Source of the DNA: Takakia lepidozioides
Taxonomy: Eukaryota; Plantae; Bryophyta
Assembly: GCA_030704615.1 (NCBI GenBank)
Contig: CM060734.1
Location: 48,608,001-48,672,000 of the forward strand
Length of the DNA stretch: 64,000 nt
Reading direction: 5' to 3'
In this document: in pieces, positions 49,776-64,000 of the stretch
Numbering within the stretch: the stretch's first letter is position 1
Layout: each line of letters opens with the position of its first letter
Translations under genes and position numbers: made by a program
Notes under the pieces: generated by a model
Database searches by the model: none
Told to the model about the DNA's origin: nothing
Seen by the model: the letters and a program-made list of their open reading frames with translations, nothing else

Positions 49776-52700
49776 GGATTAATAAGAGGAGTTAAGATAC
49801 AGATACAGAAAATGATCTTTATGATCACCGTAACTGTATAAAAATGGATGAAGTCATGGAGGCTTACTCCTTATTATTGGGACGTCCGTGGCTGAAAGGA
49901 GGCCAGGCTATTCCCATGACTGGAATTCTCAGTTATTAACCCGTGCATAATGGGATACACGAGATACAAATTACCACAAAAAAAATCTAGTAGATTACCT
50001 GCTACAAGAAGACCTCGAGGAGTCAGAGAGTATGATTTGGAGAGGAGGACTGGATGAGGAGCAGGAAGCTACCCTATTGCTGCACACCCAGAGTGGGAGC
50101 AGGTTGCAGAGATGCGGCTGAAAGCCTAAGTTTGTTTGAGAGGTATCTGCTGTGGTGTAGTGACAGCAACACCAACTGAAGAAGAAACCAGCATTTACCC
50201 ATCACATTTTCTATGAAGAAAGAGAAGGAGAAATAGAAATCCTAGAAAGAACCAGCCACTGTAGCTTACAGGATGAAGTGGTGACTGGTTGGACAATCAC
50301 AGCTGATGAGCAGGTGAGAGAAGTAAATGTGGAACTCAGGAGGAACCGAATGGTGAAAGTAGGAGCTGATTTGGAGCCGGAATTCTTCAAAGAAGCTAAA
50401 AGCTTGTTCATCAAAATACAGAGATGTATTTGCTTGGAGCTTGAGGATCTAAAAGGATATACCACCTGAAGTCTGTCAGCATAAAATTGAACTGGAACCA
50501 GGGTCAGTACCAATCAAGCAGGCGAGGTATAGAATGAATCCCAACTACGCACAGAAGTTGGAGAAGAGATAAAGAAGTTGGCTGAGGCTAAGTTTATATA
50601 CCAATAGAGTATACAACTGGTTGTCACCCATTGTTATAGTTCCCAGAAAATGCAAACTAAGAGTATGTGTGAACTATAAGAAGCTGAATGCTTGTACGAA
50701 GAAAGATCCTTTCCCTTTGCCTTCACAGAAGCAGTATTAGACACTGTGGCAGGCCATGAGATGTACTCATTCATGGATGGCTTCAGTGGTTATAATCAAG
50801 TGCAAGTGGCAGAAGAAGACCAAGGGAAAACAGCTTTCATCACAGACTGGGGGCTTATGCATACAAAGTCATGCCCTTTGACTTTGTAATGCACCAGCGA
50901 CCTTTCAGAGAGTGATAAGTGAATCTTTTCAAGAGTATCTGGATGATTTCATGCAGGTGTTTTTGGATGATTTCAGTGTGTACAGCTCTAAGAATGAGCA
51001 CTTGCATAAATTGGAGTATGCCTGGCCAGATGCAGGATGAGAGGTCTGGGCTTGAACCCAGAAAGTGTACTTTCTGTGTGAACTCAGGGGTGCTTCTGGG
51101 ACACATTGTGTGTAAGAAGGGACTCCTTGTGGATCCCAGGAAGACAGAGTCCATTAAAGCCTCTCCACCACCAGTGAATGTTAAGAGTTTAAGGAGATTC
51201 CTTGGGCAAACCAGTTATTACAGAAGATTTGTCAAAAGGTATGCACAAATAGCAGCACCATTGAGCAAGCTCTGAAGAAAGATGCAGTGTTTGCATGGAC
51301 AGCTGAATGTCAACAGGCGTTTGAGGGAACTTACACTGTCAGTAACAACTACACCTGTGCTGATTAACCCTCACTGGCATGTAGTATTTCATGTTCACTG
51401 CGATGCATCAGGAGAAGCGTTGGAGCGGTGTTAGCCCAGAATGTTACAGGGAATATAGATTCACCTGTGTACTATGCTAGCCGGATTGATGAACAGTGCT
51501 GAGAGAGAACTATAGCACAACGGAAAGAGAAGCATTGGCCAATGATCTATGCAGTGAAGAAATTCAGGCATTACCTATTGGGAAGAAAGTTTATGTTTAT
51601 GTGGATCACCAGGCTCTGATATATCTGGTGAACAAACCTTTGATAAGTGGAAGGATAGCGAGGTGGTTAATAATCTTGCATGAGTTTGAGTTCGAGGTTA
51701 TTTACAAGCCTGGCCGTTTGCATCTTGTGGCAGATCATTTGTCACGACTAACAACAGGAGAGGCCGCCACAGGAGTGGACGATCAGTTACCTGATGCGAG
51801 TTTATTTGTAATGGAGGTGCAAGGAAGTGCAGATGAATGGTTAGATTGGCAGTGGCCAATCAGATACTACCTTGCTCATGGTCAGTGCCCACCTAGTTAT
51901 GGTAAGGAGCAGAGGAAAGAGAATCGCTATCAAAGCTTTACCTTATACTATGGTAGGAAGCAGAATGTATAAGTTAGGACCAGATGGGGTACTAAAACGA
52001 TGCTTGTACCACCATGAAGTAAATAAAGTCTTGGAGGAAGTTCATAAAGGAGTGGCTGGAGGTCATTTTGGAGAAGAGACTACCAGTAGAAGATACTACT
52101 CGCAGGATACTGGTGGCCTACTTTGTTCAAAGATGTACATGAGTATTGTCAGAAGTGTGATGAATGTCAGAGGCTAGGACCTTTGCAGAGATCTGGAAGA
52201 ATGGCCTTGCATCCTACAATGCCTACGGAACCATTTCAGAAATGGGGACTAGACTTTGTTGGACCAATTAATCCACCATCCAAGAATACACAAAACAGGT
52301 ACATAATTACAGCCACTGATTATACTACAAAGTGGGTGGAAGCTAAAGCTTTGAGGGACAACACAGCCAAGTCCACAGCAAGGTTCCTGTACGAGAACAT
52401 ACTTACACGATTTGGATGTCCCTTAGAATTTATCAGTGATCAAGGAAGTCACTTCATGAATGAGACCATTGAGTTATTGACTAAAGAGTTTATGATTGTG
52501 CATAGAAAGAGTACAACATATACCCACAGGGTAATGGACAGCAGAGGCTACCAACAAAATACTATGTAACTATCTTGGCTAAGATAGTCAATGCAAACAG
52601 AACGGATTGGGATACAAAGCTGCTGACAGCTTTATGGTCATACAGGACTTCGTATAAAGTCACCACAAAGTATACACCATTCCAATTAGTTTATGGTATG

Positions 52701-55700
52701 GAAGCCTTACTTCCAGTGGAATTCCTGTTACCTACCATGAGAACGGAGTGGGGAAAAGAATGGAATTGCAAGACTCCATCAAAGTCAGGAAACATGAATT
52801 ATACCATGTGGAAGAAATACGTGCTGATGCAGCTGATAATATGACCAGAATTCAGATGAAGAGAAAGGAACAGTTTGATGAAGGCAAGTTAAAGACTTTT
52901 AAGACGGGGGATTTGGTTCTATGGTTGCAAAAGAAAGGAAAGATTCAAGCTTCTAAGCTTAAATCACCATGGAAAGGACCTTATGTCATACAAAGATGTA
53001 TGATAACAACACAGCCATGTTACAAACCATTAACAAAGAAATGCTGGGAAGAGTCAATGCAAATAAGTTGAAGGGGTACAGTGGCATCCATGACAAACCC
53101 CTGCAGCATGATTTGCATGTTGAACAGCAAGAGCAGTCACGGCTGCACCACTTGTTACGAACGGAGTATGGACACTTGTCGCTAGGCCCCGTATATATGG
53201 CCGGGGTGGGCAAACAAACGTGACACAGCCTATCACAGCCCAGCAAGGCGCAACACACTATCACACCCATCACGGCGTGACAAGCCTATCACAGCCCATG
53301 AAGCGCATCGGCAAAGGCCACTCAACGCGTATAAGTGAACCAACACGCTCTCACTCAGCACCGTCACGACGTGACACAGCCTATCACAACCTACCGCAGC
53401 GTGTCACAGCCTATCACAGCTTACCACAGTGCAACACAGCCTATCACAGCGTAACACAATGTATGACACAAGCCTGTCACAGCTCAACACAGCCTACTAA
53501 AGTTACACGATCCATAGAATCAGTGACAAGTGGACACATAAAAATCTTCAGGAAAATGGCTGAAGGAAGAAGAAACGGAAATTAATTTAAAATAGACACG
53601 TGGAGGCAAGGTGCGACACACAGCAGAGAATGAAGTGCAAGGACAGGTGTCAAAAGAAAGAGGACAAGAACGGCCGTCAAAAGGGATGAAAGGCGGGCCC
53701 ATTAATGAATACGGAAAAAGGGAAACGGAACGAACGGCAAGTACACAAAAAGCGAATTCATGTGCATGTGTGATCCTAGTGGACTATCCAACAGGGAAAG
53801 TCCACTAAAGAAGATAAAAGTTAAATCCAGTCACAGCAGATACAGCCACAGAAAACCAGAAAAATGATCAAGAAAATGGAGGGAATTGAGCGCAAGAGGC
53901 GGCGTCGTTCTGAGTAACGGGCGTCTCGACAGGACAGGCCATAAATGCTATAACTTGGAAACTATGGAGGAACTAACAGACTATACGCTCGCAATATACT
54001 TACGCAGTGTCATATGAGACACGAAACGAAGAGCAGAGCTTTCTCTTGAGCAAATGCTTGCAAGCCCGAGGCTTACAAGAGATTACCCATAGCTTTCTGC
54101 GGCAACCATACGTTTATGCTTTGTGCACTACAGGCATTCCTGCAGTTGTTACCGCAAAGCAGTTCTGTGAGTCTAAGATGAAGAGAGTGAGAGGAATGGA
54201 GGAAATCAGGGTGAAGAGCACCACATTCTGCAGAAACAAACGATGGCTACCCACAGGCGATAAAGATACTGAAAGAGCTGAGATTGGAAGGATTGCAAAG
54301 CATATGGATTGGACACTACACCATAGACAGTACATGTTACAATTTTTGCAGAACTTTGAGCCAAGACAGAACAACAACGGTGAAGGGAGTTGAATTAATG
54401 ATTACTCCCCTATACCTCCAGCAATTGTTTCGATTGCCAGCAGGTCATGTGTATGTGGAGGAACACAGGGAAAGACTGCAAATAGGGGATTTATTCCAAG
54501 AAGGGAGTTCTTCTTTAAAACTCAGGTTATGCTTGTACCAAAGCTGTGTACCCGGGTTAAAAGACATAGGCCAAGTATTGACGTTCTGATTGCCTGAAAC
54601 AGAACCAACAATATTTGAGCAGATCCTTCACAGAGGAATCCTCAAAGGCTTGAAGGACAAGAGGTACCATGGGCGGACATAATGTAACACTGCACTGGTA
54701 GAGGAGATGAAAAGATTACAAGGTACTACCGCAAAATCTCCTATCCATAGTGTCTGGCCCAATCATTGCTCAAATATCCTTGATTCTCGCATACTTATGC
54801 ACAGAAGGAGGAAATGGGAGTGTTTGAGCCAGAAACCACTGCAATGGAAGACCAAGGCTCTTCACACAGTGAGGGTGGACTAGCAGCACACCCGAGACTA
54901 AGAGGCGAGAAGGGGAAAGACTGTAGTGGCGGGGATCCACTGGCTTCAACGGATTCCGCATGATAATGTTTCCCAAGCTCATGACCAGGAAGGGGCACAA
55001 GCAGCACAAAGAATGTTATTACTGGAAGCAGACTTCAGAGAGGGAGGAAGAAGTTACTTCTGCATCACAACCAACAGCACTAGCAACCAAGCCTTGAACG
55101 ACTTGTCACAAGGGTCACAGTTATCCATGCAGCTCAACCCGAAATAATATGATTTGGAAAGTGAAGGGATAGATATTCCAACTACAGAACAGATAGTGGC
55201 AGAAATGAGAAGGGGACCTCTCTATGAATATTCTGGTCTGGTCAGGAGACAGAAATCCCAGAGGGCAACAGTTGCCCAAGCGAAATACTGAGGTACATAT
55301 AATGGCACACACCTGTGTCGGAGGTACCACAGGTGGAAGGCATGACACTGTAGCACCGGTCATAAATGAAGTAAGTTCAGGAAGAAACTCCGGTGGGACA
55401 ATGGTCTGAATGGTTAGTGAGACTCATACTGTTGAAGATCAGGAGGAACAGCAGCAACCTCCACCATGATGCCCTCAACAGCAATTGCTGATGAGTTCAT
55501 AGGTAGGACACTTAATTTGTTGGGGACTTTATGTCAACCCATGTTCCAATTACCCAATTGACAGCCTTGAAGAAGAACTCAGGAAGGAGTTTGAGGCTCG
55601 ACTTGCCACTGAGTGTGCAAACAAGGTCGATGAAGAGGTCACTCTCAAGATGAAGCAGGACTTGGCCAATACAGAAATGTCTTTGCAATTGGCCAAGCAA

Positions 55701-58700
55701 CAATTGATTGAGCAGGCCTCGCGCAAGACCAGTTGCACGAGCACATAAGCAACAGCATATACCAAATGCAGGTGCAGCATGAAAGCAAGTTGCAAGAACT
55801 GAATCACTACATACGGAGTTGCAGACAGTGCATAACAGGATGGCGATACAATGCGCTACATTTACAACTATGCTTGACCAATCAACAAAAGAAATAAACA
55901 GTCAAGCGGAAATTGTACGAAGGCAGAATGAAGAGAATGTGGGCACATGAAGCTCATTGTCGATATGAAGAATACAATCTGTCGCAATGAGATACTTTCA
56001 AGCAATAAGGCATGGAAGCTGAGCAAGAGAAATACATCGTGGAGTTGCAACAAACCATCGTGGCCAATAGAAATGAAATCGCGGTCAGTAACAAGCTTCG
56101 AAGGAAGCCAATAATCTACTGCTGCCTATGCGCAATTGGTTGAGCCACAGGCGAAGCGCATGAAGGCTTTACAACAGCAGTTGGAATTGTATAAGCTAAG
56201 AGAGGAGCAAACTCTCAGGGGAACCACAAGCAGCTTGGTGGATACACCCTTATGCAGGTGGTTAGCACAAGGGCCAGTAGAAGGCAAAGCCCCACGGAAG
56301 CTCACCCCAAAGCGAGATGAATGAGCTTAGACTGCAGGTGCAGAAACATTGCCACAACTACTATAGACAATGTCTATAGTAGGATAGCAGAGTTACAAGA
56401 GGATGTAGACGGACTCCAGACTCAAGTGGAAGACCTCACTTCAACATCGACCAAAGAGTCTATATCCCTCAGGAACAGCTAATGGGCTTCTTATTTGCAA
56501 GCCAGAACTCTGGCTTTTCAGTCTTCACAGGAGGTGCAGGAGATGCCAATGGTACGGAACCAGTACCACCACCACCACACAAAGGTCAGTGTACCAGTAG
56601 CTGAACCTGTGGTTACTACAACCACACCACAGGCCACCACAGACAGCCGGAGGTATGGGGCAATGCAGCTTTTAACCCACCTAAAACTCCAGCTGCCAGG
56701 GAGTACAGTAGGGCTATGATTATGCCCTTCAACCAAATCCCATCATGTTGGATTTGGCTTGGAAAGAATTTAGTCCTCCGCAGTCATTCGCACATTACTA
56801 CCAAATCATGCGTATTTGGCTGCCAGTGGCACCAGGACTAAAGTTCTTCCAAACAATCGACATATTGAAGATCATCACTTGCACAATACTGGCACGAGGC
56901 AGGTACCATGTTGAGGGAATTGGTTGCTTTCCAGGTTGTACATGGACTCATTTATACCAAGACCAAGGAAATAGCAAGTATTGTCATGGGTGTGCGGGCT
57001 ATACTACGCTGCTTGTTTTCTGATACGTTACACATTGAGCAACAAAAGATGCAAGCACGCTTTCAAAGTTACTCCAGTGGAGATCATTGGGTATTACCTT
57101 CGGTGCCACCTCATATGTACTATATGACCCCAAAAATATGATACAGAAGGATTCTCAAATTCGTTCATGGTTTCAAGCAGCCTGCAAACATTTGTCAACA
57201 CCGAAATTCGGACTTGATGACATTTTCTATAAGGGACATATCGCATGGAATACTTGCATGCTTGCACTAGTAATTGGTACCCCACCACTCATTTGACAGA
57301 CAAGGAGCTCAGTGTCTACACCAATTTTGTTGTTCAACGGTTACACCAGGTCGTAAAATGCAACTTCCAGACATGGTAGGACAGCATTGTATGCCCAAGA
57401 TGATTCCACAAAAAGTTCGAAAAATTAAAACACCTGAGAGGCGATGAGGATTCTGATACAACTGTTTCTTCACAGAATTCTTTTGACATGGGAGAAGACT
57501 ATGCAATTAGATGGAAGAGAAAGAAACAAAGGGGATCTCCTATGCCGGAAAGATTACCATTGATATCAGCCTCCAGAAGGCCTCACTTATCCAGGTAATG
57601 ATCAACCATCTCCGTCAACCAGAGACAGACCTCGGGCTCGTACACACACCCGCCACGAAACTCTCAACGTCAACAAGGAGCTCACTCACAAGGGTTGCTA
57701 CGTCGAAACAGTAACCGTGAGGACACGGCTTTTTTAGGGAGGAAGGGGTAAATGTTAGAGGACTGTAGGGGACTTAGACACTTATATGGGATCTGTAGGG
57801 TACCCTTAATTTTTGCACAGACTGAGACCAACAGAGCCTTAGGGGTGACAGCAACGCACTGTAGAGGGGGGTTACACAGTCGTCACAGTCGACCACAGCC
57901 GACACAGCCAACACAGCCCGTCACAGTCGACCAGCCGACACAGCCCACACAGCCAATCACAGCCGACACAGCGACACAGCCAGTCACAGCCTGACACAGC
58001 CAACACAGTCGACACAGCCCACACAGCCCACACAACAGCCCATCACCATTCCCGACACAGCCGACACAGCCAAACACAGTCGCACAGCCAGTCACACCAG
58101 CCCGTCACAGTTTCACACAGCCAGTCACAGCTTGACACATCGCGGTCACGATCATAGGGAACGGAGAGCAGGACAGGGAACGACTGTGGAACATGTTAGT
58201 TCACAAGCGACGGTTAGTGAGGGAAACGGTTAGAACTACGGATAGGAAGATCAAGGGAAGAACGGGGAATGATGATGGGGATTATTCGGGGAAGGAGGAG
58301 TTCGGAGTCATACGGGAGCGGAGGTCGGAGAGCACGAGGAAGGAGGATTAGTAGATGCTTGTTATATGCAAAGCTGTAGTGATATTGTAGAGGAGATTAG
58401 AGACATAATGGCTTCGGCCTGATACCTGATAAATCATAATCTGATACTTATACGATACAATCACACTGTGTAGAGAGATCTGAGTGAAGCTGTGGATTGA
58501 ATGGATGAGTGAAGGAAACCGATAGATCGATGAAGCAAACTGATACTTAATTATCAATGGTAAGGTAGCTAAGATGAATGCGGAAAGGGAAACAAATAGG
58601 ACACCCCCATGATACACTAGCTGTAGGTCATGACTGATTGTTCTGCGCGGGTGAGCTATACTTAGAGATTTCCAACTCTTCTATCTTGGAGTTTCCGCCT

Positions 58701-58739
58701 CGGATAGCGAAGGGATGGGTGAGTAAAAGCCGCGCGACA
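49776..58739 (+). mobile_element. Family 1 copy B, 3' half: remainder of PR, RT, RH, INT, array, ORF3, PPT, 3' LTR (57753-58739)
   Basis: Starts at GLIRGVKIQ, which continues TMADQRS[VQPL]. The full pol domain set is present with dense indels, and the flank AGTAC is at 58740-58744. Confidence 0.93.
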
Positions 58740-61700
58740 AGTACTGATTGCCCCTGCTGGTTATAGGTAATGGTCCTGCCGTGTCAATTGCAACTCTGAA
58801 AAACAGATCCACTACTGGAATGCTGTGAAGTTTTGAGCTACCTGAGCGCAACACTCCGTTCTGTTTGGCCATCTGACATTTACCACAGCCCTTGAGTACT
58901 TGCCTGATGAGTTTTGTTCTATCATGCCAGAAATAACGTCGGCTATCTCTTCTTGTGTTCTTTCTGACTCCAAAGTGGCCAGTGGCTTCATGTACTTCAG
59001 TGATTTGTTGCCGCTCTATCAGTTCTTGGTGGAACTACCCTTCCATCAAAGTAGACCTCACCCTTGAGATAGGAGTACTGCCTTGCCCGCCTCTTGGCTC
59101 TCTTGCTCTCCTCTTTTGTCAGGTAGTCATTGACTTCTCCAAAACATAAGAGGTGCATGACTTCCACAATCATCAAGCACATCAGGTTGCCTTTCCTCCT
59201 TAACAGCTGCTGTATGATGGTCAGAGCTGGAGAGAGCTTTTCCCCCATCTTTCAGCCTCACGTAATAATGACATTTGAGTAGCTTTGGTGGGTGCGGTCC
59301 ATGGTACCCAGTCCCCTTCATCAATCTTGTTGCAAGAAGAAGTGTCTTCTTCTGAACCACTTGTTCCATCACTGTCTGAAGAACAAAACGTCTTGTGGAA
59401 CACTCACCCCCCATGTTTTCCTTGGCTGGGCATTCTGATGAGGAAGTCACCCGCGTTCTTCTTGTTGTTGGAGTGCTTGTCAAGTGTTGAAGGAATGGTG
59501 TCTCTTGCAAGCTTCCCTTTTCATTGTTCGATCTCTCTTCCTCAAGTTCACAGGCTGGATGTACCTCGCTTAGCTTCTATAATCACGAGCACGAGATCCT
59601 CGGGTAATCACATGGATGGTGGGACAAGAGGGCATCAGATGCTCCTTTCCTTGTGCTGATTGCAGTAGCCTCTATCCTTCCTGCACCCTTATCCTTCCAA
59701 ACCCTCCCTCACCAGATTGACAGAGCTTGATTGATCAATACCCTTTCCTTGTTGTTTTTTTTTTTTTAGCAAAAAGTCTGTGCAGCAAAAGTCACCCTCT
59801 TTCCTTCTCCATCTGGCATTATGCCTGTTTCAGTTCTCCCTTCAATATGCCATGATCCTTGGTCAACATTCCATCTGTGGAAGATCTTACTATGCCCGGA
59901 ACGAACTCAAATGAAATCACCAAGTAAGTCTATGCCTATGTGGTGCTCTGAGTATAGCCACCAATATGGATCTAGATCTGTTTCCAAGAAAAATGACTTC
60001 CCAACATATTTTCTTGAAGTGCCAAAGGCCCCATACACATGCATAGTACTCTTCTCTTTTGCAAATCATCTCCCCTTTTTCACTGCTATACCCTACTTGC
60101 CTATGAGCTTCTTCTCTCAACTCCTCCTTCCCCTCCTTAAATTGAAATAACGAAGCATTGATGGCACCCCTATCCCAAGCTACCTTAAGAAGATAGGCTC
60201 CATCCCTCTTCTCTCCTTCTCTTTTCTGACTGTACAGAGAAGTAGAGTATACCTCGGTTTCCTCGGTTTCCTCAGCTGGTCCCACTGGATACCTGCTTAG
60301 TGCATCTACGTTAGCATGCCTAGCACCTGCTCTGTGAACAATTTTAAACTCAAAATCTTGTAACATCATGATCCATCTACCCCTGCGTCCATATGCGTCA
60401 CTTACCGTTGCCAACCACTCCAGAGGTTTTGTGATCAGTCCTGATTACAAAAGGGGTTCCATACAGGTACTACTGCCGAAAGTGTAATACTCCCCACACC
60501 AGGGCATAGCATTCACCTTCCATAGGGTGATATTTGCGCTGAGCATCAGATAGTACCTTACTAGCGTATGCAATGACCCTCTCCTTTTTATACTCCTTTT
60601 GTGACAAGACTTGCTCCTACTCCTTTGATGGACCAGTCAACATCTAAGACGAACGGTCTTGAGAAATCTGGTCTTGCCAGGATGGGAGCAGTTACCAACT
60701 TCACCTGTAAGGCAGAAAAGGCGTTTTGTGCCTCTGCACTCCAGTTAAACTTCACATCCTTCTTGGTTAGAGTGAACAAGGGTACTGCCACTCCAGCATA
60801 TCCTTTGACATAGGGCCTATAGTAGCCTGTCATGCCTAAGTAGCTTTTGAGAGCAGTGTGGTTTTTGGCAAGGGAAACCTTTCAATAGCAGCTATCTTAT
60901 CTGGATCAGGCCACGTTCCCTCTTCAGAGATCACATGCCCAAGGAATACCAACTGTAAGTTGGCAAAGTAACACTTGTCCGATTGAGCCTAAGATTGGCC
61001 TTTCTAACCTTGCTCAATACTCTCTTTATATGTCCCACGTGATCTCCCCCAGTCCTTGCTATGGATATTGACGTCATCTACAAAACACCTTAGCGCAATC
61101 TTTGATTTCTTCCTTGAGCACTCTATTCATTGTTCTCTGAAAGGTAGCAGTGGCATTTTTTAGCCGAATGGCATGACCAGCCATTCATACAATCCCTTCT
61201 TTGTGATCACCGCTGTTTTGCCTATGTCTCGGTCGTCCATTTTGATCTGCCAAAAACCAGATTGTAAATCCAGCGCAGAAAACCACTTGGCTTTCCCAAC
61301 TGGTTTAAAACATCCTGAATTAATGGCATAGGGTAAGAGTCCCTTCTGGTCAAACGGTTTACTGGCCTAAAATCACCACAAAACCGCTTGGATCCATCCT
61401 TTTTTGGTGGAAGGGTAACTGGACACGACCATTCTGAACTACTCTCTCTCATCTTGCCTTGTGAGATCAAAGTCTCAATTTGTCCTTGGACCTCGTCTTC
61501 CTCCCATTCTGATAGGCGGCTGGACGACTTCTGCAAGGGGAAAACCTTGTGTGTCAATTGTGTATTCTACACTCACTGCAGTATCCCAAGTCAGCCTTGC
61601 TAAGAGCAAAGCATTCCTGGTTTGCTTTCAGCTCTTGCTCAAGCTCTATCCTATGTTCTGGGGCCAGTTCTGGGTTGATGTGCAGTCTGGATTTCAGACT

Positions 61701-64000
61701 TCTCCAACGACTCTCCATTTCTTCCTCTTGACTGGGTTCCCATTCTTCCCTCCACCTGGCTTACAGAGTTAGCCATTCTCTGTCGTTCCTCTTGTGTGAC
61801 AACCTGATTCCAATCATGGAAGTCATCCTCTATTTTCTAGGTTGTTGTTCCAGTTCACCATTCCAAGCTTTCTGATAAGCTTCCTGTTTATGGCATCAGC
61901 CATGCTCTTATGGGTCTCTTCCTGAAGGAGTTCAGACATCCCTTGGTCCTCGAACAAGTCCTCCCCTAGGTTGACATCGTCTATTATTTCCTCAACATCC
62001 CTCAGTGCTGTTTCTACCTCCTTACTCCTCAGAGCCTCCCATCTCCTCATCTTTATCAGATTTAGAGGTGTCAGAACCTGAGGATGCTTCCTCCGTGTCC
62101 TCATATTCTTCCTCTGGTTTTCTTTTCTTCTCCCACAAGCCTAGGTACTGTTCATCTGACGTCAGGGTTAGGACATTACCTGCTGACGTACTGCTTGCAT
62201 ATCTCATTCTACTCTCGACCCCTCTATGGTAGGCTGTTTTGGTAACTGCAGGCTCATTATAATTGATGGTGTGCAAAGGGAAGTGAGCAAAATCCTTTCC
62301 TGGCCCATAGCGTACGCGAATTGTTTCAGCTTCGTGTCCACTCCACTAAGCGCCAAACTTTTGAGAAAGTCCAATCCCCAGCATGTGATATGTATCCGTG
62401 TTCACCACCATAAAGGACAAACGATTGGTCAGTTCTCCTACTTTGACCTTGATGTCCTCAAGTCTGCCCATTGCAGTCTCAAGAGCACCTGAGGCTACTC
62501 TGTAATCACATCCTTACTAGTAATGACAGATCCCATCAAACCAAGATCCCTGACTGTACTAGCTGATATTACTAGCTGATATACAGAAAGCATGGCACCA
62601 GTGTCAATCTGGCCTAATACTTGGTAATCTCCCATTGTAATCATTACATGAAGCGCTTTAACCTTACCAGTATAAGCATACGAGATCGTGGGCTCAGCGT
62701 GTGCTGAGTACAAAGGCCTTGGTACATCCTTCACAACTTCTACACTGTGAGTTGTCTCCCTTTGTTGGACCATTGCTCTTTCCACCACTTTGACCAGCCC
62801 TTTCAATTTGTCTAGCTCTCCGGCACAGTCATGATCAGGTCCATGGGCGACAACGATATTCTCCCTTTGTAGAAGTGGTTCAAGATTCTGGATTTCGTAC
62901 CTCCTTCTATAGCATTTTTGAAATTGTTCTTTGGGTAGATTTCACTCTTGGTCTTGCTTGGCTGTTCACTGCTCTCACTATTCCTTTCTGGTGACCCTGT
63001 AGGTTCAACAATCGGACTCTGGACAGGTATGCGTGTCCTTGGAAGTCTGACTTCATTGATACCATTTCGTGACATCAGATCTGTCATCTCTGCGAGTACA
63101 TCATCCTCATCATCATAGAACACGTCTACAAAGTTAGTTCCCGGAGTTCCCATCATAGTTTGGTCGAGTTTTCTACTGCACTCACTCTCCGTATGCCCGA
63201 GTAGCTTGCAAAAGTTGCATCTCACACCACACATTTCCGTGGAATGCCCGAACCGGTGACATTTGTCACACTTAGCTGGGGTTCTTCCTTCAGGACAATA
63301 TGCAGCTATGTGACCTTCTTTGTGACAAACATTACAAAGGCGAACACGAGGTGGTGTTCTAGATCCCGAGCTTTCTCCTATGACTGGTCCCCTATCAAAG
63401 TACTTCTGTAGGGTAGTGTTCAGCTGATCAAGTCTTCTGTCCACAGGGTTAACAAACACAACTGACTCATCTGTATCATCTCCTTCCAATGGCTCTAGAG
63501 GTATTTCCCCTAACTTTCCCAGGCCCCTTTCAATCTCAATGGCTGTGTCAAGTGCTTCCTCTACATCAAGGAAGCGCCTGCCCAGCATTACTCTTGCTAT
63601 TTCTGGTCTCAAACCTGCTGCAAATCTACGCCTCTGTTCCAAATCAGACGCCCCACTTCTTATAAATAACCGGTTCAACCTATCAAAGTATGTTTGAACC
63701 CTTGTCTACTCTCCTGTTTAATGGTATCCATTCTTAGCCTAATTTCTGCCAAGTCAACGATACCAAACTTGGCTGAAATTGCTGCCCTGAAGTCCACCCA
63801 GTTGTTTGGTCTAGGGTTTTGTTTACGGTACCATTCATCAGCCTTGGCTCTCAGGTTGAGCCTTGCTACCTTGAAAGTTTTGTCCTCATTCAAATCCCTG
63901 ACATCTGCCTCCATCTGAATTCTCTCCAGCCAGTCATTTACATCCTCACTATTCCTACCATGATAAGGCGCATCTATGCTGGTTGGACTGGCCATCCTTC
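58740..64000 (-). mobile_element. Family 2 copy C, 5' part: gag (three CCHC knuckles), PR, RT, RH, RH-like duplicate, integrase N-terminus; runs off the window
   Basis: [49 protein letters not shown] and RVAIDTAGPLPITSRGNQY. The last joins FLVAIDHFSKW at 36904. Confidence 0.93.

Noticed and set aside
42678-58739. A single 16 kb element with a tandemly duplicated pol
   Set aside because: The LTRs are of different subtypes and the TSDs do not match. It is the A/B chimera made by the inversion.

Overview
Eukaryotic nuclear DNA from a land plant. A non-seed plant such as a bryophyte or lycophyte is inferred from the PLS-E PPR gene, ZFWD, ABCG11-like and intron-containing nepenthesin-type protease genes, and from the retroelement lineages. 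No intact host gene is fully contained in the window. 1-18.5 kb is a mosaic of degraded gene pieces: exon 1 of an aspartic protease, a 5'-truncated LINE, a ZFWD WD40 pseudogene, a PPR pseudogene interrupted by a CHAT-like fragment, the 3' part of an ABCG11-like gene, an aspartic protease pseudogene with two internal micro-inversions, and a decayed intron-containing Crypton/DUF3504-type tyrosine recombinase. 18.5-64 kb is a nest of Ty3/gypsy LTR retrotransposons in a hAT remnant. Family 1 (copies A, B, D, E) has the layout LTR-ORF0-gag-pol-CACAGC array-ORF3-PPT-LTR. Family 2 (copy C) appears to carry a second, degenerate RNase H. A ~17.2 kb inversion (32541-49775) has split copies A and B and separated the two halves of C; this is reconstructed from the TSDs and the interrupted reading frames. 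All protein identifications are by eye, without database searches.
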